DNA from: Phoronis australis
Taxonomy: Eukaryota > Animalia > Phoronida
DNA: 64,000 nt
Assembly: GCA_002633005.1 (NCBI GenBank)
Contig: NMRA01000532.1
Span: 228,193 to 292,192, forward strand
Direction: 5' to 3'
Part shown: in pieces, positions 25,701 to 36,419 of the stretch
Numbering within the stretch: the stretch's first letter is position 1
How the letters are laid out: each line of letters opens with the position of its first letter
Program-made: the position numbers and the translations under genes
The notes under the pieces: model-generated
Told to the model about the DNA's origin: nothing
What the model saw: the letters and a program-made list of their open reading frames with translations, nothing else
The model's database searches: none

Positions 25701-28700
25701 CCGACTCGTCTAAAACCACGACGCTTGTTTCTACTGAAGATGTCATCACTGACTCTTCTGCCACGGTCCCATGCTTTCCAGGAACAAAATGGTCCAACGA
25801 GCCTCGTGCGATGTCACCCTGTTCCATCTGTACCTGAGACCCTACCTTCACTAACGGGTGAACCGTAGAACTTGATTTCGGAGTGGCCATCTTCCGTAGT
25901 CTGATTAAGTCGTTCTTCACTTTGTCCGGATTCATTTCGACTGCCGGCAGGTCTTCGAAAACGTCATCTTTTGAAACGATTGTTACAACTTTCTTACTGG
26001 GATTTACAGAGGCTGCTTTGGGTTGCTCCGCTGCCAGAATCGGTTCCACTGCAGGCAATGCATTCTCACCGTTGTCATCTTGTTTTTGGGTCTCCAATTC
26101 AAGCCTTTCCATAATTAAAATCTGGGAGCTTCTCACCTTTTTATGATACTTGAAGGCCAGTAGCAGGACCACCACAATTAGCACAAGCACAGCGCACGCT
26201 ACTGGCGGAATTATCGCTAGGAGATACTTGCTTTCGGAATCGTCCTCTTTGGCGTTGACATTGCTAACACCTAAAACAGATAGAAAATAACTTGTGCGAC
26301 CGCGATTTCGGAATACCTGTTATATTCGGTAACGTTTGTTGACAACGAGACTTGAAAGGGAAAAGTGCACCTATGCCTTTTGCGTATGCAAATGAGTCAG
26401 TCACACCGTCACCATTTCAAGGCTGAATTTCGCCCTGTATGACTGTCTAAAAAGTTAGGCTTTTCATTCTGATAAAACCTGACATTCCTTACTACTGTAG
26501 GATCTTACTTTCGATATCATCTCAAATCACAGACCGCGGCCATTTTTGGAAACAGAAATGGAATTCTATCACCGTAAGAAACGGTAGTAAAAGACCGAAT
26601 CCGATTTTTCGTTTTCATGTCGCTATATAAACAGGGCGAAAGCTTTTTGAAGAGGAATTCAGAAGTGGACAGGAATTAAGTAAGTAACAAGATTTGAGTA
26701 TGACCACAGGCACTGCATTCCATTTACGGATGCTCAAAAGCCGAACAATGACCAAAAGGTCATAGGTGACAGAATATTCCCAACCCTGTTGTTTCCTGTG
26801 AAATACCCAGAGGAATTGCAACTATCTTCCAATGTTCATCTCCACTTCCGGTGCATTTGGCACGGAAGTAAAAGGCGCATCATACCTGCCCTAGTGAATA
26901 GTGACGTGGCGACCAGCAGTGAAACTATGATTTTGGTCGCAGCTTGTGAGCAAGATCATAGACCTTGTGCACTGAGAATGTACAGAGTTGACAGTGCATG
27001 TAGTGTAGCCTAAAGTTGTAATTTAACAATTTGTGCATTATCACTTTTAGTGTTGCAAGTTCACTGCGTGCGCGCATAAGTACTGCTATAATGACACACA
27101 TAGAAATTTGGTGAACACATGTAGGTTCATGTGCATTGTTCTAAAAACCCCTCCACCCCCTCACCCAACGACCCCCTAGACCCACGACCCCCTTGACCCA
27201 CGGCTCACAAGCCCGTCGACCCAGTCTAAACAAGCTCGACTCGATCTGAACATAGAACAAGTGCTGACTTGTAGAAAGAACGAGTCAGGCCGTGAGCTCG
27301 GCTGGATTTTCCATGTTTTTGCTATTAAGGGAGTCGAATCGGCATATTTTATAGCCAAAAGCGGAGAAAAAAACAACGCGACCAAATCAAACCAAAGACC
27401 TACCAACGTTACAAATGTCGTTCCCGGCAAAGTGTAATCGTCTCGTCTGCTCTTCAGTGGATGTTAGGTTCAAGATTTTTTGGGAGAGTGCGAGAAATCG
27501 ACGAAAATGTAATTTCTTCAGTAAATACAATTTGAAAAACAAACTCTGAACTAAAAAGTATCTCAACCTTAAATGGAGTATATTGTAAACGAGTATACAG
27601 CAGGAATCAAATTAATTTTGTCCACTCAAGTTAACGTACTCTCTCCCTAAGTTTAGTAAAACAGGGCCACTGGTAGCCGCTCGTGCAACTATTTCCATGA
27701 CAACGATAACGCGCTCACAGTTCGCTATTTCAGATGACGTTCTTACGCAACTATCTGTTTTTACTTGAGCCAGAGCAGATTTGCATGTAGGTAAGGGAAA
27801 GTCATTCATCGATGTAGTATGATTATGATTATGAAATGTGTAAAAAGCGCAAAGATACATCTATTGCCACAGGTCGTGGGTCGAGGGGGTCTTGTGGTGT
27901 GGGTGGTCGAGGGAATTTTAGAACAATCCGCTTCATGGAACGTTAGTGTGGAATATCCACATCCCGAATTCCAACCACTATCAATAGAAGCTGGTCAACT
28001 GTGCCTTCCCACCTGCTAGAAATGATTTTGCTTTAGGAACGAAAGGTACCAGCTGATAATGACAGTTGAGCGCATCAACGAGTGTTTTAAATCAGTTCGG
28101 TAGAAAAGGTAACTTATGATTGATTCGAGAAAATTTAGGTTGCTAACAAAGCTTTGAACCCAGTTAGACAAGTGAAGAAGGATACATGGACGCTCCGTCT
28201 AGTACGTCGATTTTTTCTGTTATCATGGCCCCTCACAGACCTGCAGTTAAGTTTCATATAGATAGATTGTGATATCTCGGTGCCCTGTCGGTGCGTAGCA
28301 CTGTGGGTCGAAAAATACAGGCATGTTACGTGCAGTAATATTCCCGGATACCTTAGATCTGAGGTAGAATCTGTTGCCCATGATTCATGACTGTCGTTAC
28401 TTTGTCATTTAAAAAAATTGATTGTCATTACACGACAAAATTTTGACACAGCTCCGGCTTAATTTTGATTACTGTCATTCCCTGACTCTAGATATAACAA
28501 CAGGTTTAAATACATGTACACACACCTTTCAATTTGACATCAATGGCCCATTTCAACAATTCGCTATTCTCAAGATCAAGGTTCCTTGCTGTACAGGTAA
28601 GTCTTTGTTCTTTGTTCCCTGTGATACTAAGCGTCCGAGAAAAGACGGTGCCACATTCACACTCAGCAGGGACTTCCTGTATAGGCTCTTGTGTGCCTTC

Positions 28701-31700
28701 TCCAAACGACCAGGTCACACTTGCACGTTGAGAAACGTCGTCTGTCAAGCAGGTGATTTCATGAGTCGAGCCCTTGTCAATCATAATTGTCGTTCCCGAT
28801 AGAGGCGCTTTGTCCAGTTGTACTGTTAATGTTGAGGGACCATCTAGGATATTCACAACATACAAAACTATGAAAAAACGCCCAAGTTTGCGAAAGCTGT
28901 AACAAGATCATTTCGTTAATCAACCAAGTCACCCCGTAACAGCAATTTGCACATAATATTAGCTCAACTGGATTTAAAATTAAAAAACGCCACTTACTCC
29001 TACTTTCGACAACTTACAGTAAACGCGCACCACCTGCTTGGCCTCCTCCCAGGTGGTACCGTCTGGCTTCTTCAGCGTACAGTGAAGGTATTTGTTGTTA
29101 TCGGCCGGCTTAAATCTATAAGAAAGGCGGCTTTCCACGTTTTTTACGATGGACGATTTTGATCTACAACTTCGTCTTGAGTCTGTGACGGATTTGGAGA
29201 CCGTATTTGCCACTCTGTCGATCACGCGTCCATTTAATCGCCAGGTAAGTGCTGGATCAGGTTCTGCGGTTTTAGCCATGTATGTAGTGGCTGTACATCG
29301 CAGTATTGTCTCTGCTAGAGTGTTGAGCATTGACGTGTCGTTGTAAATTTTGGGCATTTCTAGAACGGAAATGCGATGTCGTTAACGCGCAACTGCAGAA
29401 ATTATAAATGACTGCCGTGACTTAATTGTATTGGTTGCTAAAAAATCAAGAACCGTACTGTTGCTTGCCTCTTATTTGCGATTTCAACGTGAAATTTTGA
29501 GGTAACTGGAGGGCAAGAACTTTTGTTTGAGTTCTGATAGCCTACTTTTTATATGCAGTGCACACGTGTCATTTTTTTGTTTTTTTGAGATGTTACTCAT
29601 TCCGGTAGACTTTCCGTATTGATAGACCTGCCATATTTCATGATAATACAAAACATGTACACACGCCATCTGAGCGAATGGCAGATCGGACGTCTGATCC
29701 GCCGTCTGAAACAATTTCACACGTGAACCCTCATCAGATTTCTGATTGGCTTTGTCTTTTGGAGGCAGAGCAAATCAAAATTAATGATAAGAAGCCTCGG
29801 GCAGTTTGAGCCTGTCGTGTGTCTGTGATGATTCAATGCCGAGCCACTATGCATGCAGTGCTCAGTAATTACCTGGATCAGATGTCGAATACCAAACCTA
29901 TCTAAGCACGAAAGCATCTTTTTAGAACCCTTTGGCTCAATAGGACATGTGTACGTTTCGTTTGTTTGTCTGGAGATGAATTTCTTCCTCCACGCAAAAA
30001 ATTTGTTCTTAAACACCAATACGAGACTGGTATGCAGGGCTCTGGTAATAGATTAGATGGTCTTGCTCCTTACTTTTCAAAGTTGTCAGCAGCTTCAATA
30101 CCATCAATGCCTACATGAACTTTGTCCCTGTTGGTATGGACAATTCGTTCAGCGTCTAGGGTGATTAAGGTCATCCACACCGCTGGACACAACTTGAGTT
30201 TATTGTGATCTTGGTTAGAGCACTAACGGCTGTTTGACGTTATGAGAGTATGAAGAGCTTAATACTGTTTTCAAGGACGGTTTCGTGCGCCCTAGAGAGT
30301 TGATTAACCTGACGAATAGTGCCACCTGAAGGATAGCACCAATATCTACTTGAAAGAATGTTGCAATTTCCCCCGTGATATCTAGGTGTGTCTGTAAGGT
30401 CATGAAAGTACTACATTCATAATCCGGATTGTCCATTGTCAAATTAGAGCCATCATTGTAACAGACAGACAACTGGACAGAGAGATTTGTAATTCCAGAA
30501 CCATGTATCCTTTTTGTGGAGAAACTAGGCTTGAGATTAAAAGCCGTCACCAAAACAGCATTCAGAATAAAATAGTTGAAGCGACAAACATTCACATCAG
30601 TATCTGGGAGTTGCGCACTCTTGCATTGTACATACAAACACTGCGACTCTGTCAAAGAAATCTGGTAGTGGTCTTGATGACATGTCTTTTGATAGAAAAA
30701 CAGCTGGTCTTGTTTCACCTAGTTAACTTGTTCCGTTTAGGATTTGCAGGAGCATTGGGTATCGCTTTCCTCGCAGCAATGAAAATTAAGACCATTTACC
30801 AAATAGTCTACCTGCTTGCACACATAACCACGGCAGCAGATGCAGTGTCATTGTATGAGAAGGGAACAGTAACCATCGAATGATCGCTTAAAGAAGCAGC
30901 AGGAGATTAGACAGCAAGAACAACCACCTTGGCGACAATGCATCCCTCGGCAGTACCGTCTTCAGCTTCAACTCCGGTTAATTCTATAACATCCACCTCA
31001 CCATCACCAGTTTCCATTTGTAATCGACTGAAGCCGGGGAGGGCAAACTCTGTTCTAGGAGTCTTGGTCAAGGACCTTGTCAGTATCACAGTAAGGGTCT
31101 ACGCCCAGTGATTCTAACGCCAACCAAGCAGGCTTTTCCAAAACCTTCACAGTGACAGTGTAACGTGCACTTGCTCGAATGTCACAAACAGTTGTGCAGT
31201 CGATCTTTCTCATGTTATTGTCTCGAGTCCACACGGCAAGGATTAAAAAAACTCTTCATTATTCACGTCAATGTTGAATGAAACAGTCCCAAATAGGGAC
31301 TCAGCTAAAGTCCTTAAATCTTTTTCGTATTTGTTTTGTTTTTTAAGCACAAATGTAATATTTTTTTCTATAATTTAGCCTTTATTATGAGCTCTTCTTT
31401 GACCTTTGACATTTTCAAATAATATAACTAAAAATGAGCCCTCAATTCAATCAAAACAGTTAGGGACTTACTCCTTAAATTGGGTACGTTGCATGAAAAG
31501 ATCCCTACTTATTTTCAATAATATTTAGAATTCAATCTAGATTTCACTCTCGATTTGTACCAAAGCCAAACATTGGCATTAGTAATGATATTCAAACAGC
31601 ATAAGATAGGACAATCAGTGTTTTCACAAGCCCGCAAATACGCAGCAGATTTAAAGACCTTAGTTGAGTCCCTATTTGGGACTTTTTCATGCAACTGGGC

Positions 31701-34623
31701 ACAGGACTCTAGATTTGGAAATTATTCCTTCGGCCTATCTCAGCTGCTCGTTTCTGATATCCCCACATTAGGTACCCACAAGTGCACATTATTTCTTGGT
31801 TCAGGCAGGCCGATTCCATTTAGTAGAGATGTCTGCGTGTCATTACTGGCCTTTTTAATCATCCTTTAAGGCGATTTAAGGCGAATGAAGTTCCCCAGTC
31901 TTTTGCAGCTCCATGGATGGTGAAGTACTTGTTGGGTGAGTAGGAATTAGAAGTCTCCATCTTGGCTATTAGGAACAAGCGAAGCGACCTAGGCAACTTA
32001 GTGTTCCTCGAGTCCTGAAATTGCTCAAGTGTACTGTACTCTAGTTCCTGAAGTTCCTTTTGTAGTCGTTGGAGAGTGTAGGGGTCCGTTTCATGAAAAC
32101 ACGTGACTTAGACTCAAGACTTTGACAATTTTTATTTTGTTTAGGGACAAAAGATTTATTAGATTCTGAACAATACCAACGAATTTTGTTTCTCAACAGT
32201 TTACACATAATATTCCTAAATTTTGACCATTTAGACCAAATGTCCAGTCTTAAGCCTACTCCGTGGCAGGTTAACTTTCGGTCTTTGTTTAAACCTATTT
32301 CAGTCTTAATTTTGATCTCAAGAAAATTCATGAAACCGGGGTAAGAGATTTTGGTGTTAAGTGAGCCCGAGTTAAGACGAGAAAAGTTTCATAAAACGGA
32401 CTCTGGTGTGAAGCCATCAGAGGCAGACGACAAAGTGCGAGGGAGCGTCAATTTTACGAACATCCCAGCCGAAGCCACATTCAAACGTACTTGAATCTGG
32501 TAGGATGAATCCCAGCAAGCAGGGATGAGAACACGCTGAGAACCCATGTATGTAAAACATATTTGGGTTCGAATTCGTGGGGTGGCAACAAGGTTCCACC
32601 ACTTTGTCTTTCTACATCACGAACTAATAGCATCCAGCACTAGGTTCAACATCTCTCTTCCAGATTCGCTCATTATGGCATACGACTTCGTCATCACAAG
32701 CGAGTTTTCCAAAGATCGGCATAGAATACTGACCCCTCTTACTTCCCAGGGATTGAACCTTCCAGAAGGATGTCACATAGAACGACAGTCGCTACACTTA
32801 CTTCACGACCTACCACAGAATCTTTAGCGGGCATAACCCTGTGTTGTCTTCCACAAGCCGCAAATAGTTTCAGACTCAAGAGCCATTATAGCCAGCCCTC
32901 GTGTCACCTTGGCGGAGACGGGTGCTAGACGCCCGAAAGACGTTCAGTACAATCTCATAACCTCCAACCCCCACCTAGAACAGTTGCCTATACCAGACGA
33001 TTGGAAGTTTCCGACAAGTGTCACCAACAACGTACATTTCAAAGCGACAGCAGAGATCGCTGGCCAGCCGTAAACCTCCTGGATGTAGGAGTTTGTTTAG
33101 TTGACCTGTCGACCTCATTGACCGGAATGGATGACCCTACCAAGGGTTAAACTTCCCGCCAATATATCTCAAGTACTAGAAGTAACTGAGATATACAACC
33201 TGTTGCGCCACCCCATGGCATACACTCGCCGGAATACCTTAATGCGTAGAAACGTAGATGTACGTGAATCCAAGCACTTCGTTTCAATCATTGTTTACAT
33301 TGGGATATTTGTTAGATTTGTGTGAATAAAAATGTTACCTGTCAGAGATAACTGTCTCAGAGATGACGCCAGCTTGTTACTTAGGTCGCGACATCTATAC
33401 TGTCCTGCAAAGTCTTTTGTGGTGTTCTTTATTGCTAAATTTCTGCCCGATCCCAAGTCCAGTTTAGCTCTACTGATACGTGAACCTGAATATCGAGGTT
33501 TGTTGTAGTGATATTCATAAATTGGGACGTACTGACCAGGCAGTCGGCACTCTTGTCGCTCCCACTGAATACTGAGATGCTGTACATTGGCGTAAGAGCA
33601 GTTAATGAAGGCAGTGCCACCAATTCTAGCGTAAGAATGCTTGCCCGACAAGAAACCCACGCCCGCGGGGTTACCTTAGAGAAATAAGATATAGGAAAAT
33701 CAGCAGTGACCAAACGAGAGCCTGTTGTAATAAACGTAGTGTATATTTATAACGCAATCCTGAGTAATCGTTCCTGCAAATTGTCAAACGTCCTAAAACA
33801 GTTTTGTTTAAAATATGTCGCAACTTGTGCGTCCCATCTTGCGTAAGGGGCAATAATTAGCTTTCGCACACAATTAGCTCGCACAGTTTGGGTACAATAC
33901 TCAACCTACCGAGGGCGTGCCGAGGTCCCTGTGGCAGGGTTAACAACAAGTGGAATAGGATGCGGAATGTCCAGTCTGCAGAGAAAAGGAATGGTTAATA
34001 ACTATCAGGCATTTCTTATTCGAGTTGAAGTTGTTTCCTAATACCTTCTAGGGCTTAAACTTGTCAGGAACCCGCCTTCTTCCAAGAGACAAGCTTTTGA
34101 TTGAGGCCACTCGCAGTAACGAAACTGGTATAGATTTCGAAGTGAGTTCTGGATTTGGAGGAAGGACCTACATGTAATCATTGTTTGCGGTCATGCTTGG
34201 CGTACAAAATGACAGGCAGTACAAAGCCCACTTTCTCAACAACGTCTCTGGCATTAACTAATGTGATTTTTTTCTCAAGGTCAGAAATCATTTCTAATCT
34301 GGATGAGGAGAATAGTTTTATAATTGTAAGTGGTTTAAACTAAACGCACTTTTTGACAGCAGACAAACTATATGACTTAAGTCTTACAGGTTCCAAAAAC
34401 CCCAAATTTTGTGTTTGGAATAACCTGAGTCCATTAATAACAGCGTTACTGTAGAAATTTATGGTGGAAAACATAGCTAAAGGATCCTCATCGTGATCAT
34501 TTAACCCAATGACTGCATTGCCTATCACGCTAGCAGTACGCCCTTTCAGTTAAACGAATTGAAATGAATAGTCAACTAAGTGGAAGAGTTCGACTTACCA
34601 GTGATTGTCAAAGAATCTCCCAT
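19714..34623 (-). CDS. Giant type-I membrane Ig-superfamily protein, ~2547 aa: signal peptide, V-C2-C2 Ig domains, TM, ~2140-aa low-complexity tail, C-terminal dynein MTBD-like domain. Exons 34623-34599, 33975-33910, 33674-33339, 29359-29018, 28843-28526, 26270-19714
   Basis: All introns are GT-AG and phase 1; the exons total 7644 nt in frame. N-terminus MGDSLTIT-DWTFRILFHLLLTLPQGPRHALG. V-set exon: GGTAFINCSY..SIQWER..LAIKNTTKDFAGQYRC. C2-like exons: LRCTAT..PDPALTWRLNG..DNNKYLHC and EITCLTDD..ASVTWSFG..RLTCTARN. TM YLLAIIPPVACAVLVLIVVVLLLAF followed by KYHKK. The provided 2158-aa ORF is the last exon. Confidence 0.88.
19945..20295 (-). other. Dynein heavy-chain stalk microtubule-binding domain (MTBD)-like module within the giant terminal exon
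   Basis: LEIRDYARPPPGVHEVMVATMLLLGE..W..LFWRIMKFD..VSIGATMFYVW follows the dynein MTBD pattern as I recall it ([45 protein letters not shown]). Confidence 0.72.
24150..24920 (-). repeat. Coding tandem repeat with 102-bp (34-aa) period, about 7 units
   Basis: A GTTTTA anchor recurs at 24224, 24326, 24428, 24530, 24632 and 24734. Unit ITDVKTEEDTVSGWTKASIGERSSLTGGLSEAVE; the two central units are almost identical. Confidence 0.9.
27135..27927. mobile_element. MITE with subterminal GACCC repeats
   Basis: TIR ATTGTTCTAAAA / TTTTAGAACAAT; C-rich GACCC motifs on the left are mirrored by GGGTC motifs on the right. Confidence 0.65.
31272..31700. mobile_element. MITE with ~45-bp TIRs
   Basis: ATGAAACAGTCCCAAATAGGGACTCAGCTAAAGTCCTTAAATCT is the near reverse complement of AGATTTAAAGACCTTAGTTGAGTCCCTATTTGGGACTTTTTCAT. 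Confidence 0.8.
32081..32404. mobile_element. MITE
   Basis: TIRs GGGTCCGTTTCATGAAA / TTTCATAAAACGGACTC. Confidence 0.6.
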
Positions 34624-36419
34624 GACAATTTTAATCGTGTTCTACTGGAATTCACCAATTCCATGATGTCACACCCTAGACACAGGCACGTGAATGTCAG
34701 ACAATAAATATGCGAAAACGAAGTCTACGACGATGTTGTCAACTTCATCACGAGAAACTCATTTGTTACTGTGAAAAGTTTGCAGTTTTCCTTTCTACGG
34801 ACAACGAAAACCGATGCGTGTTCCCAACTGAGCCTAGATTTTTAGGATTCAATTCAACAAACCCAGAATAGAGGAAATGTCATGCAGGTGATCCGGATCG
34901 TCTGCTTGGAATGGTTTACAGTTGATATTGGAAAGCTGAAAATTCGTTTATTGGCGTCTATGACTAACTGTTCTTGCTGCTCGAAATGTTACGAAGAGGT
35001 GATCTCCAAATCTTTGTATTCTACAAATGTTGTACAGTGTGTGTTGCTTTAAATGACCGGTCTGATCAGTCCTTTGTGTATGTGGGCTATACACTGTCAT
35101 CGAAAAAGTCAAGGACGTAGCCTATCCATATGGAGGATGAATTATTTCATAAAGCTCAAAGATATGCTATTGTGTTTTAGAAGCTCATCGGTCTAAGGCC
35201 CAAAATGCGTCATAACTGAATAGCACCAAACATACATGCACTGATTGGCTTTCAACATATTTTTTCGTTATTTCTTACCTTGTAACAATTTCACTATTGT
35301 AACCTAGGCAACTAGAAATTCTGACAAAACTTAATACCTTACACTTCTTTATTTATATTAGTCTTCACAGTTCTATTGATTGAACGTTGGGCATAAAAAT
35401 GTATAGTCGGAGGCTACTAATCTTATGTCAATTTAAAGGAAATCAACATTACTTTTCATGTTATTTTTAGTAAGTAAGTATATGAGTAATCTTCATTGTT
35501 TTTAGTTCACGTCTAATGCACAACGCGTGCACGAAAGTACGTGTTGCTTTGTTTTCTGTTATTCGGTAGATTTCATCTGCAGCGCTGCTGTCCTTTTCCA
35601 AATGCATTTATTTTTGTGACGGTTGTCAGTAAAAGTCAAGAGGAATTTTACTTAAGAGTAAATACTGTAACAATACCAACAAAGGCGCTGGCTTGAACCT
35701 TTGAGAAATGATTGCATTGGCCTTTTCCAGTTTCTGTTACGCTTACCTAGAATGACCATTAAAGGAAATGACTGTTACGAAGAAAGCGTTTTCCTCAATC
35801 CATTGTGCATAGGAAATTTTCGTCATTGCATGTTCACCTTCTTCTCGTTAAGTTCGGTATTAGAGTACGGTGTGTTGGAGTGTAGTAGTGACGGCGTGTA
35901 TGTAGATGCGAGGCCACGGGAAACATTACCAGCACAGGTCAACTGGCTAAGACACCTGTTTGGTTACCGATGGCAACTTCCGGCTTACAGACGAATCAGG
36001 TTTCATAGACTGTTGACCTGGAGGAACTGGCAAAGTCGACCAAGTGCAGCCATTACATAAAACACAAAAAGGTACTGAAGTCCGACACTTACAGCCGCAC
36101 ATGAGCTTACAAGCCACCTTGACAAAGAATATCAACAAAATACTAGCTGAAGACCAAGACCAATTGCACCGTACAAATTTTCCGTTCTTTCCACAGCTTT
36201 ACGAATGAAAATTGTTTAAGTTTGAATTTCTTTGGTGTATATGTAATTCAGTGTTCCCACACCTTTCATATGTTTCACGTAAACAGGTCTCTGGCTCAGA
36301 GTACAATATTTTAGTTTACTATGAACAAAATTATGCGCAATTTAACACTATATTAGGCAGTTAATCAGAATAGCTCTGTCGAGTTCGAGCGTCATCAGAT
36401 GTCCAGAGGTCGCGGCGTA

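Larger units (their letters stand above)
29750..33250 (-). mobile_element. Possible highly decayed Ty3/Gypsy-like retroelement remnants in an intron, interrupted by MITEs
   Basis: FFQVDIGA (30335-30358) resembles the aspartic-protease DTGA motif. TKSYAIMSESGRE (~32650-32690) resembles an integrase C-terminal PRSY motif. Many stops; no intact RT. Confidence 0.3.

Noticed and set aside
19714-26190. Giant ORF as a dynein heavy chain, viral gene or transposon polyprotein
   Set aside because: No AAA/Walker, RT, integrase or capsid motifs are visible, and it splices in phase to host-type Ig exons.
36093-36197. Hydrophobic minus-strand stretch (SASILLIFFVKVA) as signal peptide of the giant Ig gene
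   Set aside because: It probably lies in the ankyrin 3' UTR; exons 34623-34599 and 33975-33910 give a cleaner in-phase signal peptide.
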